In this document: piece after piece, positions 13,725-32,711 of the stretch
Position numbering within the stretch: the first letter of the stretch is position 1
Layout of the letters: every line of letters starts with the position of its first letter
Assembly (NCBI RefSeq): GCF_009914755.1
Contig: NC_060947.1
Direction: 5' to 3' (one strand)
Source of the DNA: the human T2T-CHM13v2.0 reference genome, Homo sapiens
DNA length: 64,000 bases
Made by a program: the position numbers and the translations under genes
Notes under the pieces: model-generated
Database searches by the model: none
What the model was told of the DNA's origin: nothing
What the model saw: only the letters and a program-made list of their open reading frames with translations

Positions 13725-16700
13725 CTGGTTTCAATTTTCTATATTAGTCTGTTTTCACACTGCTGTAAAGAACTATGTGAAACTGGGTAATTTATGAAGA
13801 AAAGAGGTCTAATTGACTCACAGTTCAGCAGGCATAACAGGAAGCATGACTGGGAGACCTTAGGAAACTTACAATCATAGCAGAAGGGGAAGAGGAAACA
13901 AGCACCTACTTCACATGGTGGCAGGAGAGAAATAAAGAGTAGGGAGTGAAGTGCTACACTCTTTTAAATTATCAAATCTCATGAGAACTCACTCACTAGC
14001 ATAAGAACCGCAAGGGGGATATTTACCCCCATGATCCAATCACCTGTGACCAGACCTGTCTTCTTCCAATTTGTCATGAGATTTGGGTGGGCACACAATC
14101 CAAACCATATCAACTGCTTTCTTTGGATTGGGTTTCAAAATTCTCATCCATCTTCTTGATCATGCATCTGGATTCTGAGTTCTTTGTCTGTCATTTTAGT
14201 CATTTTTCTGGTTAAGAACCATGGTTGGGAAGCTAGTGCAGTCATTTGGAGGTAAGAAGTCACTCTGGCTTTTGGAGTTGCCAGAATTCTTTTGCTGATA
14301 GTTTCTCATCGATGTGAGCTGATGTTTCTTTAATGTTTGCATTTGCTGTCTTTTGATTGGTGCTTTTTTCTTTTATAATATTTGACACCCTTTATTGTTT
14401 GACAGTGGTTTAAGTTGGTTTCAGTTGATTGGTTTTATTTCTGGATGATTTCAGGGGTCAGTGCTCAGCTCAACACTCCTGCCTCCATCTTGCAGGCAAG
14501 ACAGCCCTGCTCTCTCCAGGTACAGCTCCTAACACAGGTTAAAAGCCACCAAGGGAATATGACAAGCCTTGGAGAATGGTCACCCATGGTCATGCTCCAC
14601 TGCCCCTGTTTCTTCACCAAACTCTCTAGGCTCTGTGCAGACTTGAGTTTTGTCTCTCCCAACTCTCTGTAGAATTCCCTCTGCCAACTCAATTGTCTGT
14701 AGGGGCTATAGAATCTCCTGCAGTTGGATCCCAGAGGCCCATGGTGAGAGTGGGCTGCTCCAAGCCTATTTTACTCACTCCTTCTCTAGGAGCTGCTCAG
14801 CACCATGAATAAGTCCTGGTGCTTATCAATCCTGTGTAGAGTTCCAAGATTCCTCCTCATTTAACCCCAGGGGCTGCGTATTCCCCATATCCACATTCCA
14901 ATGCCTTATTTCCAAAGATATGTTCATAGTGTGCCAGTCTACTTGATGATCTAGTTTGTCTTGATGGGAAAAGCTCTTCCTGGAAGTCTACTCAGCAATC
15001 TTGGCTCTTCTAGCAATAAAATTATTTTAGGATTTAACGTTTGTTACTCATGTATTTCACATTTTAAGAATTAAATTAATTTTTATATAATCATGTTTTA
15101 TTTGCAAATTACAGGATAGAATATTTAGGTTTAAGATTTATGACAAAAATGTTATGGGTGTGAGCCATCTTTAATTGAATAAAATAGTGACATGATATAT
15201 AACTTTCTTTTGCAATACATTTTCACTCTTTGCATTTCCTATAATCGCTAGAAATTCATGTATATGCTTGGCATACGATTTTGATTTTGTTAATGAATTT
15301 TTGGATGTGATTAAGGTCATCTTAATTTGCATGATTATCATTTTATATTTCTCAGTGTGATTTGTATTTCAATATTAAATGTATTTATGCATAGAAACTA
15401 GAGATTAAATGTAAGCAAAATAATGTAGAATTATATAATAATAAAAATTATCATGAACCCTAGCAGGTTCCAGGTGAATGGTTTAAAATAAAGTGAGAGT
15501 ATCATGAGAATGGTTATTGATTTTTTCTAACTACCCTACATGTTTATTTAACAACAGATTCAGACGCTTTCAAGGACTTACAGAAGAAATAATCTCAAAT
15601 AACTATTTAATTTACTCTTTAGATTTAAAATAAATACCTTTATAAATTAAAATAAACACCTTTATCTGAATCAATTATATGAACTTCTGGATGAAGTTTA
15701 GAAATGTGGCATTAAAACACTATAGACTATATTTCAAACACTCTTTGTAAATCCTGAAGCAACCTTTTGTTACAGAAATATTTGATTTTTACACACCCAA
15801 AAAACAAAATATATATTCCAAACAATCCTGCTTATAAATAATAATTGTTTTCATTGCACTTTGACTTGCTGAATTATAGTAATTGTGAAACCAGTAAAAT
15901 TGGTAATTTATTCATGAACCCCTTTTTGAAATCTGTAATATATGTATATACAAAAACATACATAAAAAAGTTAATGTTTTGTAGATATAGATAATGATTA
16001 TGTAAAATCAGCATAATTTACCTCAAAAATGGCTTCAGTAATGCTTCTAGGCACCATTATTTTCAAAACAACTTAAAAGATTTCTGTGAGTACTGTTTTT
16101 GATATTTCTAATTAATTCCTTGAATGCAGCTTACCTACTTTCCTTATAAATTTTAAAACTAAAATAAATAACAGGGATCTCAATGATTTTATGAAAGGAA
16201 ATCTCTACAAAATGCTAACCCCATTATTTGAATCAGCTATAATTTGGATAGAACTAAATGTAGTATTATGCATCTCCTTAGGTAAACAAAAGGAAATGAG
16301 AAATCACAATATTAAACTATGATTAGCAAGTCTCATCTTCACAAACTGTCACTAATATGTAAAGAATATGTTTCAAAAATTTTCCCAGGGAGTGTGGAGT
16401 ATTTATATCTTGTGAATAATTTTATACCTAAAATATGCCCTAGCAATAGTGATAAAATACAGTAGAATTTTTAAAAATATTATTTGCCAATTAAGCATCT
16501 TTAAAAATTAAACATTTTTGTAAAACATAAAACAAACTATAATTTTTTGTATAAAATACTGTAGCTTGCACCTCGTATTTAAAATTTTCTTCTCATTTTC
16601 ATGCCTAATGTTTATTTTAATTCATTTCGACATTTCATTTGTAATATAAGTTGCTTTCTGGATTTATTTTTTCTAGAACCAGCTCACCAACAATCTAAAC

Positions 16701-17473
16701 TAAGATTATCTTGTAAAACACTAAAAATACTTTACAAGTTACAACTTACTAAATGCAGATAGTACTTTACTAAAAGACAGATAAACAAATGCAATTATAA
16801 TAAAGAGAAAACAGTTGATGGATTTTGAAAAGCAAGATAAATATAGCATTTATCTCTATGTACAAGTTACTTATATTACTGATATTGGTTTTCAGTGATT
16901 TTGCAATTAAAATTTTTGTTTTTAACCAATATTGGGTAGATTGCATAGAAGAAATATCTCAATGAGTATTTATAACAATATATTCAGGAAAATTTAAATT
17001 TACAACTAATATTAAAAGATGAAGCTTGCAATAACATAAAGGTATTATCAGTATGTTGCCTTTTGACACAATTCTAGAATGCTGAGGACATTCTTATTAA
17101 TATTTCCATTTATAAAGTGCCCCTATCATTCACCTGTGAAAATTTACCTTTCTTGATTTAGGGTTTGACTTTTTGATTGTTTTTTACTAGAGAGGTTTTG
17201 GGAGAAAAAACAGTTTTAAACTTTTTAATCAAAGTGATAATGAAAGCTCCAGTTTCAAAAAAATCAAAATTTTAACAGACATAACATTTATTAAGCAGGT
17301 TAAAATAGCAGCAGTTTACACTATAAAATTCACCCATGACTTAGTTTGAAAAACTCAGTTAACATAAAATAATTTTGAGTCCTTCAGACTGTCTGGTGAT
17401 ATTGGAAAATATCAATTTAATGAAGGAATCAGTGTAATTACAGCAAATGATGTGTAAAATTGAGTAAAAAGGT

Positions 17474-17874
17474 TTACATGGTTTGGATCTGTGCCTCCAC
17501 CCAAATCTCATCTCTAAGTGTAATCCTCATACTCCCCACATGTCTGGAGAGGAACCTGGTGGGAGGGGATTGAATCCTGGGGGTGATTCTTCTATGCTGT
17601 TCTTGTGATAGTGAGTGAGTTCTCATGAGATCTGATGGTTTTATAAGGGGTTCTTCCCCCTTTGCTTCACCTTTGCTTCCCCTTTGCTTCACACACTTCT
17701 TTCTCTTGCTGCCATGTAAAAAGGTCCAAGCTTGCTTCCCTTTCACCTTCCACCATGACTATAAGTTTCCTGAGGCCTCACTAGCCATGGGGAGCTGTGA
17801 GTCAAACCTCTTTCTTTTATATATTACCCAGTCTCAATTATTTCTCTATAGCCATGTGAAAACAGACTAATAGA
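17474..17874 (+). mobile_element. MST (MSTA-like) solo LTR
   Basis: ttacatggtttggatctgtg...gactaataga; TSD AAGGT on both sides. Confidence 0.92.
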
Positions 17875-19094
17875 AAGGTCTTTACTTTTTCTCTGTATTT
17901 ATTGTCACCACCTTTTCCTGGACTTCCATGAGGGTTGTGATATTTTCAACAGAGACTTCCATCTGTCTGTGACTCATTTTCATTAAATAGAATAATTTTT
18001 CATCAAAACGATTTATACCCTAAACTAATATGTTATGATCTACATCTTGAATTTAATAAAATATTTTTTGATTATTCACACTTTAGAGTTATTTATTTAT
18101 TCTTCCACTTTTCTTAATCTAGGTCTGCCCTTCAACTCTGAACTATTCTCCCCCAAATACAAGTTGTATAATTCCTCTTACCAAGAGCATGCTTTCTCTT
18201 TGTACAGAAAACTTTGAAACTTTTCAGTAGATAAATATGTATAAAATTTTATTTAGGTAATCTTAATTTGTTAGCATAAAATGATACTAATAACCATTCT
18301 ATTGACTGACTTATGTTTGTGTAGTTGTTTTAAGTGAGAAGGGAAAGGTAAGAGAAACTGTTTTCCCTATGTTAGGAATTTAGACAAGTATACACATTTT
18401 TTAATAGCATAGCCTTTGCTATGCTGCATTACTAATATTATGTAGGATTTAGCAAGCAAACAAATAAAATTTAATTTTTTAAAAAATGTTATTTGATTCC
18501 TTAACTGCAATCTGAACAGATCTCTGTATTTTCCATCCTCTGTACAATCATTAACAAGACATTTTTCTTCAAATATTATCTATAGGCAATTTAACTATAT
18601 TATTATAAGTGATTATTCATACTGAAGTAATCAATAGCTCCATTTTTGGACACAGTGATCAAGTTTCCTAATGCAATGATTGCATTAATCTATTTAGAAA
18701 ATTTTATAGCTACTTAATTTTAATAACATTTAATACCGCTCACTATAAATACCATAAGCATTATTAATATGATATAATTATATTTCATTTCAGATTTCCA
18801 GTTATGCTCTCCTTTACCTATCTATGTCATTCTTGGTTTATTGCAAGTCTGTTCATTACACTAATTCATTTATATCTAATGCTTTCCAGTAAAGACCCAA
18901 ATTATTATTAACTGGTCATAATACTACAGCTTCTTTTGATACTTATGGCACTTGTATAAACCATTTATAGTTTTATAAGCTTGCTAGAGTGATTAGCTCC
19001 AAATATTAATAATGATAGTGAAAATGACAAAATCTAACTAAAATATTTACCATTAACTTTTAGCTTCAATCCCATCAAGTAGACACATTTCTTA

Positions 19095-20176
19095 CAGCTT
19101 TGTTGAAGAATAACTGAGAAATAAAACATTATATGTGTTTAAAGTGTACAGTGTGGTATTTGATATAACCTCATGTAATAATTCCAACAATCAAGATAAT
19201 TAACATATACATCACCTTGCATTGTTACCATTTTTGTGTGTCTGTTGAGAACACTTAAGATCTACTCTCTTAGCAAATTTCTAGTATACAATACAATGTT
19301 ATTAACTATATTAATATACTATATTAACTATCATATAGTTAATATGTGTATTAACTATCATATAGTTAATATGTGTATTAACTATCATATAGTTAATATG
19401 TGTATTAACTATCATATAGTTAATATGTGTATTAACTATCATATAGTTAATATGTGTATTAACTATCATATAGTTAATATGTGTATTAACTATCATATAG
19501 TTAATATGTGTATTAACTATCATATAGTTAATATGTGTATTAACTATCATATAGTTAATATGTGTATTAACTATCATATAGTTAATATGTGTATTAACTA
19601 TCATATAGTTAATATGTGTATTAACTATCATATAGTTAATAAGTGTATTAACTATCATATAGTTAATAAGTGTATTAAATATATTAATATACATAGTATT
19701 AATATACTATGCTGTATATTAGCTATCTAGTAAAACTTATTCATCTCATAACTGAAAATTTGTATCCTTTGAACAACATCTGCCAAATTCCCCCACCCCA
19801 TAGCTCCTGGCAACCACCATTATATTCTCTGTCTCTCTAAGTTTAACTATTTTAAATTCCACATGTAAGGGATAATAAGCAACAATTACCTTTCTGTATC
19901 TGGCTATTTCATTAAACTTAATGTTATCCAGGTTCATCTGTGTTGTCACAAGTGGCAGAATATTTTTTTAGAGGCTGAATAATATTCTAGTATATATACA
20001 TATATATGTATGTATGTGTATACACACACACAGCATGTTTTATTTGTAGATGAACACTTAGGTTGTTTTCATGTCCTGACTATTACGAATAATGCTGCAA
20101 TTAACATGAGAATGTGGATATCTCTTTGAGATACTGATTTCATTTCCTTCAGCTATACAACAAGAAGTGTGATTGC
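19095..20176 (-). mobile_element. 5'-truncated L1MA 3' end (L1MA7-9-like)
   Basis: L1MA 3' UTR motifs; TSD tagacacatttctta / tagacacattttctta. Confidence 0.85.
19322..19672. repeat. 27-bp palindromic minisatellite, 13 copies
   Basis: Unit TATTAACTAT-CAT-ATAGTTAATA-TGTG; the last two spacers read AGTG. Confidence 0.97.
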
Positions 20177-21691
20177 TAGACACATTTTCTTAAAAATAAT
20201 AAGTCATCATTGTCGGGACATCAAATATACCTCTTTTATCAAGCCACCAGTAATTTTCAGAGATTTCCCCTTTTTTGAGATCTGAAAGGCCTGGGCCTGA
20301 AGCTTTCTTGGGGCAGGAAAATAGTTATATGGACATTATCCTAGTGATTACTTATAAAAGTGACCTTTTTGTGGTTAAAATATTACTTATTTCTATGTAT
20401 AGCATAACCCTCTTTGTGTGAATTCATCTTTCAGTCTTTGGTTCTTTCCTATTTAAGATAAACTTTAACCTCCATCATGAGTGTACATTTATGATATTTA
20501 TGTTCTATGCTGTAATGTATATTTTTATATTTAAATAGGTATAATGGCAGAAAACTAGAGAAAAAGGCTAGTTATTTTAAGCAGATTTAAAAGTTGAAAA
20601 TACAAAGCTTTCCAGGATTAGATTAATATTAACCCACAGGTTAATGTTCTGGTTTGGTTCAATTTTAATTTTAAAAGTTTCCTTCCATCTTTTCTTTTTA
20701 TGTATCAACACAGCTAAAAGATCATGATTGAAAAAGAAAATATTATCCCTATAAGGATGTTTTAAGACTAATGTTTTACAAATCCAGAATCCACATAAGT
20801 TTCAGATTAAAATAAACATAAAAGATTAACTCAGAGTTTCTCATTATGTAACTTCTTATCTCAATTTATAACATTTGAATATTCTGAGTCCTACTTTGCA
20901 CTTGATTTGACAATGTGAATCTCAATGTTCCAAACATTTTCTTCATGACACAGGCCATTATGGAGAAAAAACTCCCATACTGCTATCTCATATCACAGTA
21001 ATGTTTTTATCTGCAGTGTGCTAATAGAGTCTCCTGGGATTTACATCAATAGTAATCACCAAATGTGATGTTAGAGGAAGGTTGATGTTTTGATAGTCTT
21101 TTATTGGCTCTTGCGAATTTAGAACAATCATCAACATCATTATTATACAGAATGTGGCTAAAAATGGGAAAAGGGAAAAGTGGGTTAATTTCATTTTAAT
21201 TTAAGGCTTTGGGCCCTAAATGCCAATGTAAGAATTTATTAGTAATAGTTATATCAAAAGCTTTTTAACATAATTACAAGCAAATTATATGCATGTGGCC
21301 AGTAAAATCAGAGGTTAGTTTCATTATTTCTAATAAAATGCATGGTTTATGGATAAAATCTGTTGAGTTTTGTATTCTCTAATTTAATCAGCATAAACTT
21401 CAACTGTGCAGAATTATATGGTCAAAAATGTCATTAAAAAGTCATAAAATTGCATAAATCTACACTGTGTATAATAGCATGTTCCTCATATCTTCAATTT
21501 CAAATGCTTCAAATTGACTTCGGTTTTCTGGTTCAGCATGTAAGGTGCTTAGAAGTCACCATTCATGATCTAGCCTTATACCAAAAAGCATATCTTTTCA
21601 AATTGTAATCAAATATCCAGGTAAACAAAATATATTTTTTCTCCCACTGTTCTGAATAGTCTATACTTTTTACTTTAAATTTGCATATATA

Positions 21692-22127
21692 CCCTGGGCA
21701 CAGTGGCTCATGCCTGTAATCCCAGTACTTTGGGAGGCTGAGGTGGGCGGATCACCTAAGGTCAGGAGTTCGAAACCAGCCTGGCCAACGTCGCAAAACC
21801 TTGTCTCTACTAAAAATACAAAAATTAGGCCGGAGGTGGTGGCTCACGCCTGTAATCCCAGCACTTTGGGAGGCCAAGGAGGGTGAATCACGAGGTCAGG
21901 AGTTCAAGACCAGTCTGGCCAAGATGATGAAACCCCGTCTCTACTAAAAATACAAACAAATTAGCTGGGCGTGGTGGCAGGCGCCTGTAATCCCAGCTAT
22001 TTGTGTGGCTGAGGTAGAGAACTGTTTGAACCCAGGAGGTGGAGTTTGCAATGAGCCGAGATCATGCCACTGCACTCCAGTCTGGGCGACAGAGCGAGAC
22101 TGTGTCTCAAAAAAGAAAAGAAAAAAA

Positions 22128-22170
<43 letters not shown>

Positions 22171-22350
22171 TACAAATATTAGCTGGGCATGGTGGCGGGT
22201 GCCTGTAATCCCAGCTACATGGGAGGCTGAGGCAGGGAGAATCACTTGAACCCAGGAGGCGGAGGTTGCAGTGAGCCGAGATCACGCTACTGCACTCCAG
22301 CCTGGATGACAGAGGGAGACTCCGTCTAAAAAAAAAAAAAAAAAAAAAAA
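21692..22350 (+). mobile_element. AluS split by a nested Alu
   Basis: TSD ttgcatatata (21681-21691, 22351-22361). Confidence 0.92.
21828..22168 (+). mobile_element. Nested AluSg-like element with (CA)n in its tail
   Basis: Inserted after aaaaatacaaaaatta; duplicate aaatacaaatatta follows the (CA)n at about 22130-22168. Confidence 0.88.
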
Positions 22351-22655
22351 TTGCATATATATTTGATATTGTGAAAACTGCAAACATCAAGAGATAAATA
22401 TTCTTCAGAGGTTGTCAGTTAAACAAAATTTCTGCTGAAGCCATCTAAACAATCAAATCTAAACAATATTTTGCTTGTCTCTCCTACACCCTCAAATTTT
22501 TAAGCGGGTTTAGCCAGCTCAGGAGCAATAGCCAAGGCAGGTATCATGATGGATTGCCAAGGAATAGAGCTGAAAGGATAGGTATCTGAACTGAAACCAG
22601 AAAGTACAACAGCCAAAAGTTATATATGTTATGTCATATAGAGCTCCAGGAATCA

Positions 22656-22953
<298 letters not shown>

Positions 22954-24324
22954 TCCAGGGATCAAATTTGGAGGAGCTAACTTCTCTAATCAAATATAAG
23001 AGGAAGAGTTCTAGCAAAGATACTTTAGACATAGTCAAAACGTCTAAAACTAGGTAGAAATGGGAATAAAGATTGGGATCCAGAATGAAATAAATTAAGA
23101 TAAGTCAGAGAAAATACTTTAAATTGAGTTGACGGAACAGCTAGGTTTAACAGCTGACCGATATGAGACCAATATGATGCAATATAATTATACAAATTTT
23201 TCTTTTTTATTTGGATATAATTTTGCTATTTTTTGTGCTTATTGCCATGTTTAACACTATGAGTCACATAAAATATGTTTGAAATTAAATTAGTGTCATT
23301 ATAAAGCTCACAATTTAGAAAGCCCTAACCTGTTTCTCTTCAACTTAAAGCAATGATCTAGGTGGGCAAATGAAACAAACACATGAAACTATTAAATAAA
23401 ATTATAAGGTGGTAACAAGTATAAATTACAAAGTGTAATATTCAAATGCAACAGAAATATATTTCTGACTCATATAGCCTCTCAGGACAGATGTTGTTGG
23501 CAGGTGAGTGGCTTTTCAGGTACCCAAGGTTATTGTATTTTTTTTATTCTGCCGTGCCTTAGAACTTTATTGTCATATTCTAGCACAGAGGATCATAAAG
23601 GGAGCATATAGAATTCACACATTTGATTGCTTTCTTTAAGATTTTTTTGGAGATGTTAAAAATATTTATCATAAGTGCACTGCTGTATAATAAGTAAAAG
23701 CAAGCCAAAAGAAAAATTCATTTTATTTGAAGTAATATCTCTAATGAAGATGGTTTTATACATTAAGAGGGCAAGGTAGAAATAATTTAATGCATAAGCC
23801 AATTTAATGCATAGAAGAGATACATAAAAATTTTAAAAGGAGTTGTTAACACACACATATGTGCATGCGTGAATCAAATCTGATAAACTGATTCCTCATA
23901 GATTAGTAAATTGAGTATCGGTGTGTGGTTCTTCCTTTCTTTGTTTAATTTTATATTAAGCAAAAACTTTTTCCAATATATCAAATTGTATTACAACACT
24001 GTCACTCAATTTTAGAATTAGATATTCATCTATCATTTTGAAGCAGCTAGAATTCTGGCCCTTGTCCTCTCATATGTTAGTAAGATAACTGCAAAACACC
24101 GAAGTTGCATAGCTTCTTCAGAGTGCCACAGAGAGTCAGGGAGCAAATCATGGCTCAAACTCAAGTTATGTGCTTTCTAATACCACAAACTCATGAAGTT
24201 TCCTTGACAATTCTCAGTATAATCTTATTTCAATCTGACTCATAGCACTAATTAGAAAACACTATGAAGAAAGAACACCTTACACTGATGAAATTCCACT
24301 GATTCTTAGAAATCAGCTTATATA

Positions 24325-24480
24325 GTACTTCATCAGGTAGGCATTCCCTGCCACTCCAATCTAAATTAACCCCCCACATTATTCCCACTTATACCACTCT
24401 GATTTTTTTGTCTTAACACTTAACTCTATCTGTTATTACATATTTACTTTAAGGATTTTTAAACATTTATTGCCTGCATT
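24325..24480 (+). mobile_element. L2 fragment
   Basis: 'cttcatcaggtaggcattccctgccactccaatctaaatta' resembles the L2 3' region. Confidence 0.5.
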
Positions 24481-24530
24481 TAATTTAGTAAGTGAATGCT
24501 TGCATTAGTCTTTCCTCATCTCTCCACTGA

Positions 24531-24941
<411 letters not shown>

Positions 24942-25004
24942 TAATAATCTCTCTCTTTCGACTTCAATTGTCATTAGTATTCACCTTTGGTCAACTGATA
25001 TAAC

Positions 25005-25160
25005 TGTGGCAGACTGCTAGTTGTACTCCAAAAATTCTGTTTCCTCTTTGTCATGTATACATTGTCCATCCTCCCATGCAGGTCAGTTGGGGTCATGTGA
25101 CTGAATTACTGGCAAAGCAACATGAGCAAAGGTGAAATAAACCACTTCCAAACTAAGGCT
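25005..25160 (+). mobile_element. MLT1-type MaLR LTR fragment
   Basis: tgtggcagactgcta...ggggtcatgtgactga. Confidence 0.55.
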
Positions 25161-26590
25161 TATAACAAGTTATGTCTGATTGTGGTGTTTTAGCTATAGT
25201 TAAAAAATAAAATATGATCACTCTGACTTGGTTGTAGAAAACATCCTAAAGGTGTGGCTAGCAAGATGGCCAAATAGGAACAGCTCTGGTCTGCAGCTCC
25301 CAGCGAGATCAACGCAGAAGGCAAGTTATTTCTGCATTTCCAACTGAGGTACCCAGCTCATCTTATTGAAACTGGTTAGACAGTGGGTGCAGTCCACAGA
25401 GGGTGAGCTGAAGCAGTTTCTGGCGTTGCCTCACTCGGGAAGCGCAGGGGGTCAGGGAACTCCCTCCCTTAGCCAAGGGAAGCTGTGAGGGACTGTGCCA
25501 TGAGGAATGGTGCATTCCAGCCCAGATACTATGCTTTTCCCTCAGTCTTCATAACCTGCAGACCAGGAGATTCCCTTGGGTGCCTACACCACCAGCGCCC
25601 TGGGTTTCAAGCACAAAACTGGGCAGCCATTTGGGCAGGCACCCAGCTAGCAGCAGGAGTTTTTTTTCATACCTCAGTGGTGCCTGGAATTCCAGCGAGA
25701 CAGTCTGTTCACTACCCTGGAAAGGGGGCTGAAGCCAAAGAACCAAGTGATCTAGTTCAGTGAATCCCACCCCTATGGAGCACAGCAAGCTAAGATCCAC
25801 TGGCTTGAAATTCTCGCTGCCAGCACAGCAGTCTGAAGTCAACCTGGGATGCTCAAGCTTGGTGGGGGGGAGGGGCATCCGCCATTACTGAGGCTTGAGT
25901 AGGCAGTTTTCCCCTCACAGTGTAAACAAAGCCAACAGGAAGTTTGAACTGGGTGCAGCCCACTGCAGCCTGGCAAAGCTGCTGTAGCCAGACTGCCTCT
26001 CTAGATTATTCCTCTTCTGGCAGGGCATCACTGAAAGAAAGGCAGCAGCCCCAGTCAGGGGCTTAAAGACAAAACTCCCATCTCCCAGGGACGGAGCACC
26101 TGGGGGAAGGGGGCGGCTGTGGGCACAGCTTCAGAAGACTTAAACGTTCCTTCCTGCCATCTCTGAAGAGAGCAGCGGATCTGCCAGCACAGCACTCGAG
26201 CTCTGCTAAGGGACAGACTGCCTCCTCTACTGGGTCCCTGACCCCAATGTCTCCTGACTGGGAGATGTCTCCTGGCAGAAGTCGAGAGACACCTCATATA
26301 GGGGACCTCTGGCTGGCATCTGGTGGGTGCATCTCTGGGACAAAGCTTCCAGAGGAAGAAATAGGCAGCAATCTTTGCTGTTCTGCAGCCTCCACTGGTG
26401 ATACCCAGGCAAACAGGGTCTTGAGTGGACCTCCAGAAAACTCCAGCAGACCTGCAGCAGAGGCGCCTGTTAGAAGGAAAGCTAACAAACAGAAAGGAAT
26501 AGCATCAACATCCACAAAAAGGACATCCACACAAAAACCCCATCTGAAGATCATCAACTTCAAAGACCAAAGGTAGAAAAATCCACAAAG

Positions 26591-27616
26591 ATGATGAAAA
26601 AACAGCAAAAAAAAGGATGAAAATTCCAAAAGCCAGAATGTCCCTTCTCCTCCAGAGGATCACAATTCCCTGCCAGGAAGGGAACAAAACTGGACATAGA
26701 ATGAGTTTGACAAATTGACAGAAGTAGGCTTCAGAAGGTGGGTAATAACAAACTCCTCCGAGCTATAGGAGCATGTTCTAACCCAATGCAAGGAAGCTAA
26801 GAATCTTGAAAAAAGGATAGAGGAATTGTTAACTAGAATAACCAGTTTAGAGAAGAAAATAAATGACGTGATGGAGCTGAAAAACACAACATGAGAGCTT
26901 CAAGAAGCATACATAAGTATCAATAGCCGAATCGACCAAGCAGAAGAAAGGATATCAGAGATTGAAGATCAACTTAATGAAATAAAGCATGAAGACAAGA
27001 TTAGAGAAAAAAGAATGAAAAGGAACAAACAAAGCCTCCAAGAAATATGGGACTATGTGAAAAGATCAAACCTAATTTGATTGGTGTACCGGAAAGTGGT
27101 GGGGAGAATGGAACCAAGTTGGAAAATATTCTTCAGGATATTATCTAGGAGAATTTCTCCAGCCTAGCAAGACAGGCCAACATTCCAATTCAGGAAATAC
27201 AGAGAACACCACTAAGATACACCTCAAGAAGAGCAACCCCAAGATACATAATCATCAGATTCACCAAGGTTGAAATGAAGGAAAAAATGTTAAGGGCAGC
27301 CAGAGAGAAAGCTTGGGTTACTCACAAAGGGAAGCCCATCAGACTAACAGCAGATCTCTCTGCAGAAACCCTACAAGCCAGAAGAGAGTGGGGCCAATAT
27401 TCAACATTCTTAAAGAACAGAATTTTCAACCCAGAATTTCATATCCAGGCGAACTAAGCTTCATAAGTGAAGGAGAAATAAAATCCTTCACAGACAAGCA
27501 AAAGCTGAGAGATTTTGTCACAACCAGGCTTGCCTTACAAGAGCTTCTGAAGGAAGTACTAAATATCAAAAGAAAAAAACCTACACCAGCCACTGCAAAA
27601 ACATACCAAATTGTAA
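26591..27616 (+). pseudogene. L1 ORF1p, disrupted
   Basis: MKEKMLRAAREK...GKPIRLTADLSAETLQARREWG; stops and frameshifts. Confidence 0.9.
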
Positions 27617-27679
27617 AGACCATCAACTCTATGAAGAAACTGCATCAACTAACAGGCAAAATAACCAGCTAGCATCATA

Positions 27680-31193
<3,514 letters not shown>

Positions 31194-31319
31194 CTTTTTA
31201 TTCTTGCAGCAGTGGATACTCTGCCACTACAAGCACTCAGCCAAAGCATTCTCTTTGTCCCCAAGGGCCAGATAATACTATTAAATGTTTATAAAAAAAG
31301 AAAATGTTTATAAAAAGGA

Positions 31320-32340
31320 AAATTTACTCTCCAAACAACCAATCAACAGACAAAATAAATGAAACATTTTTCAGGAGACAAAACATTAGGTAAAGAGAAC
31401 AGTGATCTCTCATAGACAGAAAAGAAATAAAATGAGCCTTACGATTTCCATGGTTTATTGCCTTGTGAGTTTTTCTAGGCTGCTGTGAATAGAGTGTACC
31501 TTAGCCCATTTAGTGTTGCTATAAAGGAATATCTCAGGATATGTAATTTATAAAGAAAATAGGTTTATCTGACTAACAGTTTCAGTGTCTGTAAAAATTA
31601 AAGATTGGGCTTCTGCACCTAATGAGGACCACAGGCTGCTTCCACTCATGGTGGAATACAAAGAGGATCCAGCATGTCCAGAAATTACATGGTAAAAGAG
31701 GAAGCAAGGAGAAAAAGGGCGAGGTACCAGGCTCTTTTTAATAACCAGTTTTCATAGGAACTAATAAAGTGAGTACTCACTAATTACCAAGAAGATGGCA
31801 CCAACCCATTCATGAGGGATCCACCATCATGATTCAAACACCTCCTATTAGGTGCCACCTCCAACACTGGGGATCAAATTTTAAAATGAGGGGGAACTAA
31901 GATCCAAACCATAGCAGAGGGGAAACCCAGATGGAATTCAGCAGAACCCCTCAGTAGAGGAGATGAAGCTGAGAGTCTAGGGAGACCAAGGCTGCTAGGG
32001 TTTGTAGGACACAGTACAAGAGGGGAGAGAACTTCAAAGAGTGAGGACTTCTCAAACAAGGAAAGAATCTCTATAATTATGCAGCGGAGTACTGATCAGT
32101 ATATGTATACAAATAAACTACCTGAGGGTAGCATAGCAGAAAAGCAGCAAATATGTTTAGAGGGAAAACTACCTCGTACTCTAACAAAGCAAGGAGTAGT
32201 ACCTGTTCTCATTAGCCACACTGGAAAGTCTCACAGGGCATTAAATGGAGTTATCAGAAGTGACTTATCTTAGTAGCATGAATAATTATCTCTAGACACA
32301 CTGATGTGGTTCAGCCTAACCAATCTTAAGAGCAGGATCT
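31320..32340 (+). mobile_element. Ancient L1MC-type 5' region, interrupted by MSTD
   Basis: 'gagctgagagtc/ggagaccaaggc...gagtactgatcagt...aaactacctgagg'-type motifs. Confidence 0.6.
31497..31916 (-). mobile_element. MSTD-like solo LTR
   Basis: cttagcccatttagtgttgctataaagg...ccaaaccatagca; flanks gagtg / gaggg. Confidence 0.85.
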
Positions 32341-32711
32341 TAATCCCATAATGCGGGACTCTCTGACAGCAATGCCATGTATCTCACTCTGCCAGAAAAA
32401 TTTATTGGGTATCTCTGTGGAACATCCAAAACTTTAAAGGGACAAATTGTAATTGATCATAACCATGAACCTCACAGAAATACAAAATGAACGCATGTCA
32501 AATGTTATATTTTAATCATTAATTAATAATGAAACACAGAGAGAAGTCATGTGAAAGTACAAGAAACTGGGGTTTTTATAAATTAGAAGTTGTAAAATAG
32601 CTGAATGCAAAACAAAATAAGACAAAAAACCTCCCACAATTTCCATAAAATTAGATAATCCAGCAGAAGTGTGTTCAAGAAAACAGCTTTTTTTTTTCTA
32701 CTGAAGACACC

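Noticed and set aside
15013-17470. Long unique AT-rich stretch scanned for exons or RNA genes
   Set aside because: No supported splice-site pairs, ORFs or RNA motifs seen; conservation cannot be judged without alignments.
19236-19730. 164-aa ORF (NMCINYHIV)n and a CRISPR-like look of palindromic repeats
   Set aside because: It is the translation of a 27-bp tandem repeat; the spacers are 4 nt and near-identical, there are no cas genes, and the context is primate.
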